From Dimorphilus gyrociliatus (taxonomy: Eukaryota > Animalia > Annelida), in assembly GCA_904063045.1 (NCBI GenBank), contig CAJFCJ010000007.1:1929404-1993403 (forward strand): a stretch of DNA of 64,000 nt. The letters are read 5' to 3'. Position 1 is the first letter of the stretch. Each line of letters begins with the position of its first letter. Both the position numbers and the translations under genes were made by a program. Positions 27,186-40,087 of the stretch are shown piece by piece. The notes beneath the pieces are model-generated. The model saw nothing but the letters and a program-made list of their open reading frames with translations. It searched no databases and was not told the origin of the DNA.

Positions 27186-30100
27186 ATGCCACCAAAGAGA
27201 GGTAAAAGTGGAGAGAGAAAAGGAGGTCAAGATGGTGATGCCGCTTGGGAAACAAAACTAGCTAATACAGTATTTTCAGAAGAGACTGAGGTAATATTAA
27301 CTTTATAGATATTAAGTTTTTATAGAATTTTATTTTAGGATGGATGGATTGCAACAATAGCCTGTCTCGTTGGCAACCGATATGAAGATTACGCATTAAT
27401 AAATAGCATCGAGGACACTATAAGATCAAAATCCAGAAGACTGTTTTCGACATTTTCCAAGAGTGAATTGTACAACGAGGTTAGAAGAGAATATATTAAG
27501 ATTTTTCATTTTCAACTTTACCTCTATTAAACCAAACCTCCTTTTCACAGTCAGTTGAATTTGGAAGCTCAAAAGGCAAAAAAGGAAAGGATGCCCCTCA
27601 ATTTGTCGAGGTTTACGAATATTGTAAAGAATATTTAGATAATAATGAGGAGGTTCCGTTGCAAGTTCAAGCAAAATTGATTAAGGCGAAATTACTTGCT
27701 ATAAAAAAAGAAGATCATGCCAGAAGAGAAGTAGAACGAAAGGTTTGATAAATTTTTATTATGCTCAACAAGTAATACATATAGTTTTTCTTTAATTAAG
27801 TGGCGTGAGGAAAGAGAGCGCAGACGGGCAGGTCAGAGCGATGGTGATGGAAAGAAAGGTAAAAAAGATAGAGGAAAATCACCGAAAGGGAAAGTGGGCA
27901 AAAAGACTCCGGAACCATCAGCGCCTAAAAATGAAAGTAAATTGCAAAAGAGAGGAGAGGAAGACTTAGACTCGAAGTATATTGGTAAGATAAAGCAGAA
28001 AGAAGATAAATTAAGAGATAAATTAAGACGACATTAAATTTTTTAAATTCTCCCATTCAGATGATGAACCAGATGATGGTAGCAAACACTATATTGTTAT
28101 ACATGGATTCAATCATCCTCACTTGTTTTCTTTTCTTTCGGAAATTGGCATTCACGTTGATGTGATCTATAAAGTTAAAATGGATGATTATAGTAGATTC
28201 GATAAATCTGAAGATGAAATTGTTGAAGAGAAAACAGAAAAACAACTATTAGTTGAAGAGGAGGAGAGAAAGAGATTAGAGGCTCTGACGAGAGAACTGG
28301 ATATGTTCTGGAGAGATATTACACCCGTCTTACAAATGAGTTCTGCATCGCCTAAATTGCACGACTTGCCAATTTTGCCGTTTGATATCAACAGTGCATC
28401 CATTCCAATTGATTTTCAAAATAGTGATAAAAAGGCTGAGGTTAGCTCCTCTCTTTTCGAAAAGCTAGCATGTGATACCTATGATTTATTGGATTGGAAA
28501 CGACAATGGCGAAATTTCATTGAAAATCTCAAACTATACCATGTTCCTGGGGTTTCTTCTGCAGCATTAGCAAATGATTCTCCTGGTACAGCAGCTCCTA
28601 CTCCCGCCCCAACAAGTGCTCCCCCTATAGTAGATGATTTAAGCTCAGACGTTGACATGCGTTACTATAAAGATTTAATGGACTGCATACCTCACGAAAG
28701 CGTTTCAGTTCCTTTGATAGTAAATTGTATGGTAGAGCAAGTTGCTGCAACAGCAGAGCATCGATTACCACCTTCTGCAGAAACTAAACTCCCAAGAGCG
28801 GACGGACTATGTGACTCTTTGGCTGATCATTTAAACAGATTGGCTTCAAACATGGCTCTCGATCCTAATGAAGTTAGAGCCTTATCTTCTGAATACGAGA
28901 TTCCAGATAAAAAGTTGGATGGAAATCGTCATCCTCTGCTCATCAACTACTCTGACGAAGCAAAGACCCGACTAAGAAACCTACAAACGAACATTGATCT
29001 ATTTAATCCTCTACAAACAGAAAGCTACATGAACACGAGATTCCCAACAAATACTCTCCTTGCTCCTCCGGAATCGCCTCCAGAAAAAGCTAAATTGAAA
29101 AGAATTTCTAGATTACAAGAACTTTTAACATTTTGTTCGACACCTGGTATCTCGAAAAACGAAGTAGATATAATTTTACGGCAATTTGTTTTTGAATGTC
29201 TAAGGTCAACAGAAGTTGATGAAAATGGACAGGTTGTAAAATTTTATGGAAAAAATCTTATTCCGTGGGATGATCCTTATCCATATTATCATGGAATTCT
29301 TGGTATTTTTAATATAGAGGAAGAGGATAAATTCCCCGTTACGCCTGTTAGACAAGAAAGTGTAGAAGTTCCTACGACAAGACCTGGTAAGAATTTATTC
29401 GCGATTTATTTCCATTTTATAATTTTGATTGTTTTTAGAATCTCGGTTATCGGAGAAGTCTTCATCGGGTGAATCGGCAGAAATTAGCACTCAAAAGTCA
29501 AGTAAAAAAGAGCGAAAAAGCCGATCAAAATCTAAAAGAGGTGCGACTTTTATGTATTTGCTAACAGTTTAGATAACACATTTATTATTTTCTAATAGTA
29601 TACCTTTCTTTCTTTCTTTTATTTTTACTATTACTTGTATGTCACTTTAATTATTGCTTTCTTATCTCAGGTAAAAACAGCGCCGATAAAGCAGTTAGGG
29701 TTACTGAAGAACCTGTTGAAGTAGTTCCGCCACCATCTCCTAAAGAAACTGGTGGAATACTGAAAGATTCTAAAAGACCGCGGTCCTCGTCCTCTCGTGA
29801 CTCAAGTGTGCACTTTGAAAGAGATGATATTGGTCTGACGGTCTCTCACCCTGGAGACGAGTTCGAAACCATAGATCAAGCGTCAATACTTGATAGATTA
29901 TCAGATATTGTTGAGGCTCAACGGAGAAACCTCGATCAGTGGACTTTTGTCGAACAATTAGATATAAATGTTCTACATCAGGTTATTAAAGAAGCCTCAT
30001 ATACACTACCTTATATGGATACTTTGTATTCAAGACGAGACAACAAACTCTTGGTTATGCTGAGTAATCCTTATGATAAAAAACTTCTAGCAAACTATGA

Positions 30101-33100
30101 TAAATGGGAGTCCCATTCACATACGGACGTTCATTTCCGTAATTATTTAGAACATGTGGCATGGAGAATTGAAGAATGGATCACGGCAGAAGAAGCAAAA
30201 TATGAGGCTACTAAAACAGCCAAGGAGAGTGCTCTATTCCAAAAAGAGTTTGAAGAATTAGTAAGACAAAAACTTATTAAAAAAAAATATATTATAACGT
30301 GAATAATATAATTTTAGGAAGCTGCAAAGGCAAGAGAAGCCAACGCAGAAAATGATAAAAAAAAGAAAAAGGATCGATCAAAATCACCAAAGAGGAAGAA
30401 AGCTGATGGTATGTATTCAAAAAAAAAAACATTTTTGCAACTTTTTTAATAAGCCTATAAAATCCTGTCCCTAGTTATTTCTGATAGCGGTAAGAGGATA
30501 TTACTTGTCTTCAATTGTATTATCACGTTTTTTGGAATGAAAATCACAAAAAAATCTATCTTAGTAAAAAATTAACGAATAACTCTTTTCTTTAGACTCA
30601 TCAAGATCGTCAACTCCTGAAGATTCTGAACCTTTTGTCAGGCAAAATTCTATCAAAGCGTACTTAAAAGACAAAGAACGAGAATTTGCAGAGGAAGAGG
30701 AAAAAAAGAAAGCTCTGGAAGAGAAGAGAGCTAATTCTGCTAAAAAAAGGAAGGAGGCCGAAAAAGAAGAAAAGGGTAAAAGAAGTAAAAGTCCAAGAAG
30801 TAGCGCAAAATCTCGTAAATCACGAAGAGAAACCGAAGTTGTAACGCCAGCTGGTGGACAAGAGCAAGTACCAACAGATAACTATTTTTCAGTACGTTAT
30901 AACACAAAGTTTTTTAAATGTGTTGAAAAGCTTAAGTTATTTAAATTTTGATAGTTTGAAGGATATGATTTGGGTGACGAAATGTTAGCGGCATCGGGGA
31001 TAACTTACAACATGTTTCCATCTGATGGTTCACTCATTAGAACCAATATTACTGAATTTGTCGAAGGTTCAAAAACAGTTCATACCGCTTTAATAAAAGA
31101 TAAGCATCAGCTCTTGGTTCATATAATAAATCCAAAGGATGTCGTTATTACTCCTTTTTCGGAAGATGATGTAAAAGAAAAGTCAGAAACAGAAAAACCT
31201 GAGAAAGAGAGTTTGTTGAAACACTATTACAAAATTAGTAACAAAAATTAATTTAAAATTGTTTTAGCTGCAGAAACTGAAATTACTGAGAAACATTCAA
31301 GCCAAACGGAAGCAGAGCTCCGAAAACCTTTAAAACCTATTGTTGGTGAATATGCATCTTTTAGTGCAACTTTGGCTGATGGAATCTGTTTAGCGTTTAG
31401 CACATATGGTAAAACTGGACGAGTAGATGGAGGTTAGTAATAATTTTCGGTTACTTTTGAGAGTTTAAAATGTACAATTATTAGAAAACTTAGCAAATCG
31501 GAGAGTGAGATATTTCACTTTTTTTCCTACCGTATATCTTTTTCATCTTTATCAGTAACTAAAACTTGCTTTAATAGGTGAAATATACAAACCCGAACCC
31601 TACGTAACACCACACATTAGAACACCTACACCAACAGCCCCTGTAGGTGGAAAGGAATCAGTGGCTAGCAAGAAGAAAGCAAAAGGTACTAAAGAAAAGA
31701 AAGAAGACTCAGAACCTCCGCCGATGAGAGCAATCGGTACGCCTGCTTCATCTTCTAATGTTCTAGACGGTGAAAGAAAATCAGTGAAAACAGAAAATTA
31801 TGAAGAATGCTCTTTTTTGAAACTGCAATTTTCTACACCTTCAGGATTGGTTGTAACATTTCTTAAAAGGGATGATAGCATAGGTAAAAATTTTTAATAG
31901 AATATCTGATAATATATATAAGTAACTAAACTGTCTACAGTGGTACAACAACAATATGCCTTCAAAACGAAGGAGATTGAACCCTGCAAAGAAATCAGCG
32001 ATATAGCTGGAAATGAGGAGAAAAGAATGTATTCCAGCGACGGTTCTTTATTAATATTTTCCAATAATCCAACAGCAACAAAAGTAATTTATAAGAGTAA
32101 TTTAAAAACTATTTTTAATTGATAGTTTATTTTTGCTTTTATAGATTTTATATCCTGATGGTAAGATGACTGAATATTCAACAACAATAGTGCCCAACGA
32201 TAAAGCAGTTGGAAGCCGCAACACTTCTCCACAAAGGGGTACAAGTCCAAAAGATGCCCCTAAACGTGCTGGGCGAAGAAAACATAGTCCAAAAATTGAG
32301 GATGAAGTAGCTGAAACTGTTACTAGAGAAAAATGGTATTCTGTTCAGCCGACAGGAGAACGACTAATTACTATTAAAGAGGGCGAGAATACAGAAAACA
32401 TACCTATTGATCCACTTCTAAAATGTGAATGCTTTGATCCATCAAGTAATCAAGTTATGATCACAAGAGACGACAAAACTATTATTGTGAAACATGCTGA
32501 TGGAACTATTATATCGGAACACCCTGATGGGACTAGATTCACAACTTATAGTCATGAGGATAAAAATTCTGGAAAGATTACTAAGTTGATAAAAATTGAA
32601 AATCCAGCCTACTGTACAGTAACTTTTGACTCTTCATCTGGTGAATGTCACGTGGAAACTGCTTCTAGAACAATTATAAACGCTTTTCCTGCGGGAAATT
32701 ATGAGTTACATCATGCTGATGGATCTTTTATGAGAATTGAGCAAAATGGGGGTGTTTCTTTCTCTCCAAAACCTAACGATTTTCAATTGGCTAATCCTCA
32801 GCAACCACTCATTTATCATATGCGTCACGATGCTGATGTGATCCTTTATTCTGTCGATAACAACGGAAATCGATTTTCAGTCAGAAATACTGGTCTGTCA
32901 AGCGCAACATTGGTTGAAAAAACTGCAACTGCTCCTCGATCAAGTGAAGAAGATACTATTATGACAATGGAAAACAGAACACCATCTCTGACTGCACCTG
33001 AGGAAAAAGATGAAAGTGAAGGACGGAAAATTAATATAGAATGTTATGATGAGCATGCTCCCAGATTTTTTGTAATAAATCCCGATGGCAGATCTGGTAT

Positions 33101-35308
33101 GGAACTTCTTCGATATCAGGAAGTTGCAGAGTGGATAACAAATGCGGAGGCTGATCCATTTACCGCTATTATTGTTGATCAAGTTGCTGATCGTCCTAAA
33201 ATTTCTTCAATATCAACTTTAATCCCATTCACAAAGAGTGTCTCGCAAAGATGGATAAAATCCTATGATGACAATTCAATTGTACCCCCTGGTCTTACTT
33301 TGAGAGATTTAACAACTTTTCCGCCTCAGGAAGAGAAAACGATGGGGCCAGGTTTTGGAACAAATGCAGGTCGAGGTCTTGAGATCGGTAGCAGAGAGGC
33401 TCCATGCTTATCTCCATTACCTAAATGCCCTGATACTTTACAAATTCGACAAGTCTTGCAATACACAGCTCTGACTCCTGAAATTCGAGAAGAGTTTTCA
33501 AATGGTATAAAGTCGTATGCAGATTTTGTAGTCTCAAGATTTAAGGATACACAGACCGTAGGAATTGAAGAATATCGCAGCGAAAGTGAACAACTTATGG
33601 CCGACACTTTATTAGAAGATAGTGGTACAGTTCATTTGATTGAGGACCGTCAAAGCGTCACATCACTAATCGAGGAGAGAGAAGATCAACAAAATACATT
33701 CAGAATAGAATCTTCTAACGTCCGCAGTGTCTATGAAAGATCAACTGCTCCCAAAGTACCATCCCCTATACCTCCTCCTTTACCAAAAAGGACAGCAGAG
33801 GACTGGGAGCAAGATAAAAAGGAACTTGAAAAAGAAATGGAGCATCGTAAAGTACTTAGAAATAAATATGTTCCTCCCTACTTTCAAAGCCAATTTGGAA
33901 AATCGTACTTGGATTCACTAGTAAGATTTATTATAATTTTTTAAACAATCTCAAATAGCCTCTTTTCAGGAGTCAAAAAACAACAAAGATGAAGAAGAGT
34001 CGGAGAGCGTTGAGCCAAAAAAAGGTTTAATTTTAAAATAACTTACCCATTTAAATTGCTATATTTAGGAACTATAGTTGCAGCTCCTCCGGAGGAAGAA
34101 AAATCTGCTCCTGCTGGATACGAAGAAGAAACGCCCTCGCCAAATCAAGGTTTGATAGAATAATAAAACGCTTTAAAGAAATTCCGCTTAATTATTTTGA
34201 CGCACACATTTTTGCTTTTATGAGCACTTGTTTAGAACTAAAATCCTTTACAGAATTGCTGTTTGCCTGTGATAGTGCCGAAAATGGCAAGCTCAGTAAG
34301 TTTTCAGATTGTTGTCTTCAATTACATACAACTTTTCTGATATCTTTTTTTTAACTATCTGCTGTTTACAATACCGATTCACTCTTAAAATTACCTGTTT
34401 CCGTTGTTTTTATGACTTTCAGTTATGATCTATATCTAGATATAATTTTTAATCTAGGTGTAACAGGAAATACTCCATCATCTATTAGGCCTACCAATCC
34501 AACTCCTGGAGTCGCAGGAGGTAGAACATCTCCAACAGCTGTACGGCCTACGGCTCCTACCCCTGTTCACGCCGTTACGCAAATGCAGCCAGCAAGACCG
34601 GAAGCTCCGACTCCAAATCAAGAACGAGAAGAAACGAAAGCTACCATGATGACAACTAGTTCATCTCAGTCGTATCATGCCGTTGCCAATGATCGCTTCA
34701 ACACAATTGAAGATCCGGTTAGACGAAAAGTTCTAACCGCTCCTATTGCTGGAGCTACACCATCTGGCGTAGAGAATTTACTGCAACTTAGAGGTTTTAT
34801 CCTACAACCCGATACTGCTGACTTTGGTTGTTTGAAAGAAGGGAACACTTATAATTTACGAATCACTCTCCGCAATACAGGACATGACACTTGTAGATTT
34901 AAAGTAAAACAACCTCCTGTAACTACAGGTATTCGTATTCTCTATAAACCTGGTCCTGTGGCGGCTGGAATGAAAGCGGAAATGACTATACAAATCTTTG
35001 GGCTTTTATCAAATGCTGTCGAAGGTGTAGCAGCCGTAAAGCATGAGTTAGAAATAATAACCGAAACACACGTTCTTTACCTACCGATAACAGCTACGGT
35101 CTTATCACAAGAGGCTTACTTGGAACAAGCACCGAGATCAGTAAAGAAAAACCCAAATGTCAGGCTTATTTCGACAGCAGCTCCAGTATTAACAAAACCT
35201 CGAAGAATTTACGAACAATCGAAACCTAACATACCAGCCTCGTTACCTATTAAGGCTCCTACGCCCCCTCCCAAAGCAAAAAACAAAGAGGCAGTAGTGG
35301 CCAATTAA
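27186..35308 (+). CDS. SPAG17: Sperm-associated antigen 17 (PF6, central-pair C1a projection), multi-exon
   Basis: N-terminus AWETKLANTVFSEED|WIATIACLVGNRYED; DDEPDDGSKHYIVIHGFNHP; DMRYYKDLMDCIPHESVSVPLIVNCMVEQV; GYDLGD; PPYFQSQFG; C-terminal Ig-like segment LRNTGHDTCRFKVKQP...YKPGPVAAGM. Confidence 0.9.
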
Positions 35309-35381
35309 AAGCCGTTAAGAGTTTTATTGCACGCTATATAATTTTTGATGGAACGCGTTACTAATAACTGAACACGGAAGT

Positions 35382-35811
35382 CTACGAGTAACAGAACATT
35401 TCTAATTCATCTTCTCCTCCTGGACATTGGCTTACACCATCACACAATTCTTTTTCCTTTATACAGCGACCTGTTAGATCATATCCATTGCCTGTTTTCT
35501 TCCTTAACGGACATGCGAACATTTTGCCTGACGGCTGCGAAGATTCGTATCCTCTCTCATAACAATCTATAAGTTTAATTAAGTATTGAATATAAATTTT
35601 ATAATTATAAAATTTCATGATGATATAATACATATATTTATATATTCAATTATAAAATACAAACAAACTAACTTAATGAAGAAATGATTAGCCTGAGTTG
35701 TCGAAATCGAGTCAAGTCTATTTCATTAAACGATCGTCGACGAACATGAAACGGAGGCAGAGATGATACAATACAAGCCACAAGAAGTAGAAGGGATAGT
35801 TCTCTTAACAT
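35382..35811 (-). CDS. Secreted precursor with signal peptide, RRR site, IDLTRF motif and C-terminal LDL-receptor class A domain (prohormone-4/IDLSRF-like); exons 35811-35673 and 35566-35382
   Basis: MLRELSLLLLVACIVSSLPPFHVRRRSFNEIDLTRFRQLRLIISSL|NCYERG...FACP...RCIKEKELCDGVSQCPGGEDELEMFCYS. Phase-1 GT-AG intron; six Cys in the LDLa pattern including CDG..C..G.DE. Confidence 0.75.
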
Positions 35812-36228
35812 GATCCGCACTTATTCCTGAACTTAATCTAACATTCAAAGTGATAAAGCACTCGCGGGTTTCACGTTCCGCGTCCTTTTAGTCATTTGTC
35901 TATAAATCATTTATACACTTGTGGCGTTTCAATAAATAGAAACGCTTGTGAGCGGGAGTAAACTGTAATTTATAATCATATTAAAATTTTTCAACATAAA
36001 CCACGATATCAAGTTTTGCACGATCTCAAACATCAGTTTAATACTAATTCTTATACACGGCATATTTCAAATTTAAAAGCATGTATATATACGAATTAAC
36101 AATATTTTGTGAAAATATAAGTATATATATGCATATATTTCATTAATAATACACTGTGTATAGTGTAATTGATATATTTTAAAAATATAAATTATATTGT
36201 TTATAATCCATAATTAATACTGTCTCCC

Positions 36229-38534
36229 TTATACCATGATCCTTGCACCGGGAACATAACGGGTGTCCCTCCAGACATTCGACTCTCCGCAGTTGTTTAA
36301 TCTTCTCTTACATTGGCCACATCTTCCATATTTATCGCATTGTTCATGGATTAGTTCTCCGTGGGAAGCAAAATTAGCAGACCTTTCTTCGCTGTCACGT
36401 TGCTTCTTATCTTCGGCGGCTCTTTGCCATTCTTCCTCCAGCTTTTTACGATTGGCAACGGCTCTAGAATATCTCTGAGCCAAGTCGTCTTTCAAATCCA
36501 TTCTATTTTTGCGCAAGACTTCTTCTTCGTCCTTTTGCTCTCTAAGTCTACGGAGAAGTTTATCTCGTTTTCGTTGTTCAACAACATCTCGCTGATCTCT
36601 AAAATATTCAATTGCTCTACGACGTCTTTCTGCAAGCCGTTCATTAGCCATGTCAGCTTTTCCGAAAATTGGTTCATCAGAATCAGACACTCTAGAGGGT
36701 ATTGGAAGAGGTTTATATCGGAGCTGAGTATCCAAAGCTCTGCGATAATTTTCTTTTTGTTCATCTCTGTGTTTCTGTACTTCTTGTCTTTCAGCTGCCA
36801 GACTGTAAAAAATTCATTTATAATATAAATATATATATTTATATATACAGTATATATAATATTCCACTTACTCTTCAGCTAATTGTACTTGCTCTAAACG
36901 CTCAAGGAAAGATTCGTCTTCTTTTCTTTTCCTTTTCACTTCTTCTTTAACGGCCACTTGTTGAGCTAATTCTCCATTATATCTTACCTGGGCTATTTGG
37001 CGTGGTGGTGTTAAAGCTCTCTTTTCAAAGATGTACGATGAATAGAATCCCTTCTCAGGCTTTCTAGATTTAACAGCCTCGGCTACTCCTAAATTGAATG
37101 CTGCATTTTTCTGTTCGTTGTGTCTCTTTTCCAAAGCAAGTTCTTGTTCTTTTAAAACTGATTCGGTAATTTTCAGTTTTTGATATTCATCTAGCAAACG
37201 ATCTTCTTCTGCTTCCCTCTTCTTTCGTTCTTCACGGAGAAATACTGGAATATTACGCCTTTCCCTTTGATGACACAAATAACATAACTCTTGTCCAGCA
37301 TTTCTATGCCCACAGGCAGATGGAGGGGCAGATTGTATTACTTCAGGCATAGGTTTAGGGGGAGCTAAGCAGTCGGCGCTCTGAGAACGAATATGAATAC
37401 TGGTAGAGGGTCTCTCTGCTAAAGGAGAAAGAGAGCGTCTAAAAATCAATGATTTGGCACTTGAATCTGTTCTTGCAGTGTTTGGAACTGTAGGTAATAT
37501 TGAATCGAAAGTAACGGCGCAAGCTTTAGCTAAATGCAGCGACTCTCTAGGATTTACTAATGTTTTCTTATTAGCCTTTTCAAATTCAAATTCTTCTTTG
37601 GAATCCAAATTTTCTTCATTTTTCCCTTCATCCTCTTCAATTGGTTTGTCTTCTTCTTTGGCTTGGCCATCTTCTTCGTCAATTGTTGGCATCTTAGTTT
37701 GTTTTGCATTATCACAGCAAGTGGCACCTTCGATTCTGTGAAAGGAAATGCAAAGAAAAAACTATAATAAGAAGAATTGTAACTATGAACTGTAGAGTTT
37801 ACTTTGGTAAACAGAGAGTGTTCGATGAAATAGGCCTAGTCGGTGGTCTATTAGAAATTACACTATCGCAAGTCCCAGGTCTATTTTTCATTGAGTCGAT
37901 TAATTTTCCGCCACTACCATCGACTGAGTTGATGAATTCTTTAAAAAATTTCATTTTGACTCGACCATCTCTTATTTGCAGACGACCAAGGGACGAGAAT
38001 AAAAACTCAATATTTTTCCCAGAGGCTAAAGACCTTTGCATAGCAAGAAGTACTTCTCTCACACATGATTCAATAACGTCTCTCTTGAAAGGACTTTCAA
38101 TGGATAGGGCAGAAAAATTAAGTGAACTACAAGTAACCGTTCCAGTCAAATGGTATTTGTTACTTTGTAGACCGTGGGTTTGAGCGAATTTTTCTTGAAT
38201 TTGGAATACAGGACGACGAATAAGGAGATACTTATTATTTCCTACATCTAATTTTTTTTGAACAAATGTAAATGTTCCTAATCCATTAATAGTTACTCCT
38301 TTTCCGCTAAGCATTTGCTTTTGGACGTAATCTGACACATATTCCCATACAGAAACGATATCTGTAAAGAAATCCATTTTTTAGTTAGTTCTTATGGGTA
38401 AATAGCAAAGATTATTTAAAACGTCTGAAGATCTCGTTTTAATTTTAGTACTTACCCTCATCTGACATTCCCAATGTTCCAGAAAATTTGTTTCTTCTGG
38501 CTATACTAGCCAATTCTTGCATGATGTCGGTCAT
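36229..38534 (-). CDS. CCDC81: Coiled-coil domain-containing protein 81 (HU-like domains), multi-exon
   Basis: GVTINGLGTFTFVQKKLDVGNNKYLLIRRPVF, LNFSALSIESPFKRDVIESCVRE, KMKFFKEF, GHRNAGQELCYLCHQRERRNIPV and C-terminal CEKYGRCGQCKRR-type motif (CDKYGRCGQCKRRLNNCGESNVW). Confidence 0.92.
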
Positions 38535-38602
38535 TTTCAGTAAAACAACACTGTTTTCGGCGCGCTCAACAGCACAGCCGTTTCTAAGCGTAATCAGACG
38601 CG

Positions 38603-38615
38603 GTTGCTAGGATAG
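38603..38615. promoter_or_regulatory. RFX X-box-like GTTGCTAGGATAG about 70 bp upstream of the CCDC81 ATG
   Basis: One mismatch to GTTGCTAGGATAC; upstream of a cilia/centrosome-associated gene. Confidence 0.5.
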
Positions 38616-38804
38616 TTTCGTTTAGTCTTTCAGATGGCGTTGTGGGTAGCTTAGGTTTGCTTACTACTTAATATATTTCCGACAAAAGGCCTTTCCTTAA
38701 TTTGATGGTGTATGACTTATTAAAGTATTTGTTATTAAGTTGTTTCACAGAGTATCCTTGTATGTGATAGTAAACAGTTTTCTTTCTTCTTTACATCAAC
38801 AAAA

Positions 38805-39167
38805 ATGAATACTTTTAATTATACAACTGCATCTCCGTATGACATAACGACAGTCTTCCGAGAAAAATATAGTGAAACTGTCACAATAGTATCAACTACG
38901 TTGATCCTTTTACTCATCACTTTGCCTTTCGTCGGATTTTTAATATATAAATATTGTCAAAAGAAAAGAATGAATTCATCACATAGTGCAAAACTGTCGA
39001 ATATTGACATAAGACATCCAAACGATATGGTCGCTGTTTCGGTGGCTGACTCAGATGGATCTGATCCGAATATATATGACATTGTTAATATCAATGAAGA
39101 CACAAAACCGAAAGAATGTGATGAAGAAGAGGCGGACTATGTTAATGGATTCTTTCAAAGAAAATAA
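38805..39167 (+). CDS. Orphan 120-aa single-pass membrane protein (no signal peptide) with cytoplasmic Tyr motifs
   Basis: Single ORF with AAAAATG context; hydrophobic TLILLLITLPFVGFLIY followed by KYCQKKR; tail contains NIYDIV and EEEADYVN. Confidence 0.6.
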   Translation: MNTFNYTTASPYDITTVFREKYSETVTIVSTTLILLLITLPFVGFLIYKYCQKKRMNSSHSAKLSNIDIRHPNDMVAVSVADSDGSDPNIYDIVNINEDTKPKECDEEEADYVNGFFQRK

Positions 39168-40087
39168 GACTAAGTGTAAATACTTATAAAAAGCATTATA
39201 TTTTTTAAGGTAAAAGGCTAATAATTTAAGTAATAAAACTGGAGCAAATACAGTACCTTGGTAAACAATAATGTATATGCTCCTATATGCATATATTTAT
39301 ATGCATATATATATATACTGCATATAAATTTATGTATTTATAATAGGGGGCGTTCTTTTCGGTTTGTTCAACAGACAAACAGAAATTTTAGTCAAACACC
39401 AAGTAATTATTGGTGGTTTGTATAAGAAATATTGTATCGACGTGAATTACGTGATAATAATACCAACTTGAACGAAAGCGTGAGAAGTCAAATAATATAG
39501 AAGTTATTTGTAGAAACTATTTAATAGTATTTCATAAAATATTAGGCTTTTAGGTGCAAGTCGTATATAGACGTGTATAGTGTACGAACGTGATTCGGAT
39601 AATCGATAAGCCATTGACAATCGATATTAATCTCATATAAAGTTGGTGCAGCCTGATATTGGCATGAATTTGAGTCTCATTCAAATCACCAAAAACGTAT
39701 GCATTATAAAAAAACAAAGTATATCCTAGTTATACTTGTATTTCAAAACATATTTAGCGATATTAAGAAAACAATAGTTTTGGCATCCGAATAAGGAACT
39801 CTAATTAACTTCACTAAGCAAAAACTTTAATATATAACAAACGTTGGACAATTCAATACCTTCCTGTAGAATAAAGTTACGATTTGTACAGTTTTATAGT
39901 AAACAAAAAAAATAAAAACAAAAAAGGAAACAAGAAAAATCGCCAAAGAGTGCGCGTATATGCAGGACCGATAGTTATCACAGATAAAAACCTTATTATT
40001 ATTATTAAATTAGAATCTATCTGCATGGAGGCACTCGCCAGCACCAGAATAATTGCACTTGCTGGCTAATGTAGAAGAGATGGTGAG

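Noticed and set aside
29599-29636. AG...GTATGT-bounded segment in a SPAG17 intron
   Set aside because: 38 nt, T-rich, not frame-preserving, and it would leave a 34-nt intron.
31485-31504. Possible 20-nt microexon in a SPAG17 intron
   Set aside because: Phase 1 to phase 0 does not match the downstream phase-1 exon; it would frameshift.
38752-38760. GTATCCTTG, a U12-type donor-like word
   Set aside because: No convincing U12 branch point or acceptor before the downstream ATG.
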